Origin: Dictyostelium discoideum
Lineage: Eukaryota
Length of the DNA stretch: 64,000 bases
NCBI GenBank assembly: GCA_000004695.1
Contig: CM000151.3
Span: 1,952,001 to 2,016,000 of the forward strand
Direction: 5' to 3'
Shown: piece after piece, positions 63,501 to 64,000 of the stretch
Layout of the letters: every line of letters begins with the position of its first letter
Position numbering within the stretch: the stretch's first letter is position 1
Translations under genes and position numbers: made by a program
Notes under the pieces: model-generated
What the model saw: the letters and a program-made list of their open reading frames with translations, nothing else
Database searches by the model: none
What the model was told of the DNA's origin: nothing

Positions 63501-63571
63501 GTAATTTGCCAAATGCTGGTGATCCTGGTAATGATATTGAAGATTATTTAAATCAACATTTTCCAATGTAA
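60543..63571 (+). CDS. vps54: VPS54 (GARP / Golgi-associated retrograde protein complex subunit), 2 exons: join(60543..61345, 61420..63571), with a 74-nt intron
   Basis: ORFs 60543..61349 and 61523..63571 join through ga|gtaatat...aaaaag|A (the phase-2 codon GAA is restored). Exon 2 starts (E)ETLGEIDDNIIHGLNISKLFLQKNRIKDTLETLSLVSEVTQAQPALQLLLSKGDYMGALELINRTQSAISLELHYISSLKNLSPQLLEMINLIEKM. This aligns with human VPS54 (LALTRNNCVKVYNKLKLMATVHQTQPTVQVLLSTSEFVGALDLIATTQEVLQQELQGVHSFRHLGSQLCELEKLIDKM). The remainder is a helical CATCHR-type body with Asn-rich inserts. Confidence 0.8.
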
Positions 63572-63698
63572 TTAAAAATAAAAAATAAATAAAAAATAAA
63601 AAAATAAAATAAAATAAAATTAAAATTAAAAAATTAAATTGTATATTTGTAACATATATATATTTATTTAAAAAAAAAAAAAATAATAAAAAAATTTT

Positions 63699-64000
63699 TT
63701 AATTTAATTTATATTTATCAAAAAAATTTGAATCTATAGTATTTAAAAGATCAGTATTATATGCTAATGAAATTGTTTTTAATGTTGGTGGATATTCAAT
63801 TTTTGGAAAAGTTTTACAGTGAAGTGATAAAAACGTAAAACTTTTTAAAGATGATGGTAAAGCATCCTTTTCTATGGTATTGTTGAAAAAGTTACCCAAT
63901 TCCAAATGAGTTAATGATTGAGGTAAAACATTATTTTTAATTGAATGATTGAAAGATGTGAGTGTTAAAGATGTAATTGATGAAGGTAAATCACCTTCTT
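63699..64000 (-). CDS. FNIP-repeat-containing protein, 3' (C-terminal) part only; the 5' end lies beyond the window edge
   Basis: Minus-strand translation ...EGDLPSSITSLTLTSFNHSIKNNVLPQSLTHLELGNFFNNTIEKDALPSSLKSFTFLSLHCKTFPKIEYPPTLKTISLAYNTDLLNTIDSNFFDKYKLN* shows the repeated about 22-aa LP.S(L/I)T.L.FG..FN unit of Dictyostelium FNIP repeats. The frame is open to the window end. Confidence 0.65.
   Translation of the reverse strand, partial: EGDLPSSITSLTLTSFNHSIKNNVLPQSLTHLELGNFFNNTIEKDALPSSLKSFTFLSLHCKTFPKIEYPPTLKTISLAYNTDLLNTIDSNFFDKYKLN

Noticed and set aside
1-64000. CRISPR arrays, prokaryotic operons, phage or defence systems
   Set aside because: The window is clearly eukaryotic, with spliceosomal introns, poly-Asn/Gln tracts, FNIP and BTB domains, and 78% AT with A/T-third codons. 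The tandem repeats present are microsatellites or minisatellites with no spacer-repeat architecture.

Overview
The window is a gene-dense stretch of Dictyostelium-type nuclear DNA, most likely Dictyostelium discoideum. It is roughly 75-80% A+T, uses A/T-biased codons, and has short, AT-rich GT...AG introns of 50-260 nt. Coding regions carry long (AAT)n and (CAA)n tracts that encode poly-Asn and poly-Gln, and the last gene is an FNIP-repeat gene. No tRNA or rRNA genes, CRISPR arrays or prokaryotic signatures are present.

I could support about 21 protein-coding genes by reading the sequence and ORF track and reconstructing introns by hand. In window order they are:
- proteasome beta-1 (psmB1)
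- a PH-domain protein
- a RhoGAP
- three paralogous genes of a lineage-specific family that share an N-terminal ILFWKVFKN-type motif; one of them is interrupted by an in-frame TAA
- an MDC1-like FHA plus tandem-BRCT protein
- an armadillo/BTB protein
- an NmrA-like reductase
- a decayed 2OG-Fe(II) oxygenase gene, with two in-frame TAA codons and a reading-frame break
- an acidic (SE)n-rich protein
- dihydropteridine reductase (qdpr)
- a PTPMT1/PLIP-like phosphatase
- a protein with a sphingomyelinase/CCR4-like EEP (endonuclease/exonuclease/phosphatase) domain and a Clu-like tail
- a small multi-exon membrane protein
- a 2552-aa highly reducing type I polyketide synthase (KS-AT-DH-cMT-ER-KR-ACP)
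- a PP2C phosphatase
- a Cho2-type phosphatidylethanolamine N-methyltransferase
- a DnaJ plus polytopic-membrane plus MYND-zinc-finger protein
- VPS54, the GARP (Golgi-associated retrograde protein) complex subunit
- the 3' end of an FNIP-repeat gene

The most notable items are the premature TAA codons and frame discontinuity in two genes (pseudogenisation, strain polymorphism or assembly error), the polyketide synthase, the MDC1-like DNA-damage mediator, and two unusual domain fusions. Many short ORFs in the provided track are translations of homopolymer or microsatellite DNA, or antisense to poly-N coding tracts. The ORF caller appears to accept GTG and TTG as starts, so several listed starts lie inside exons.
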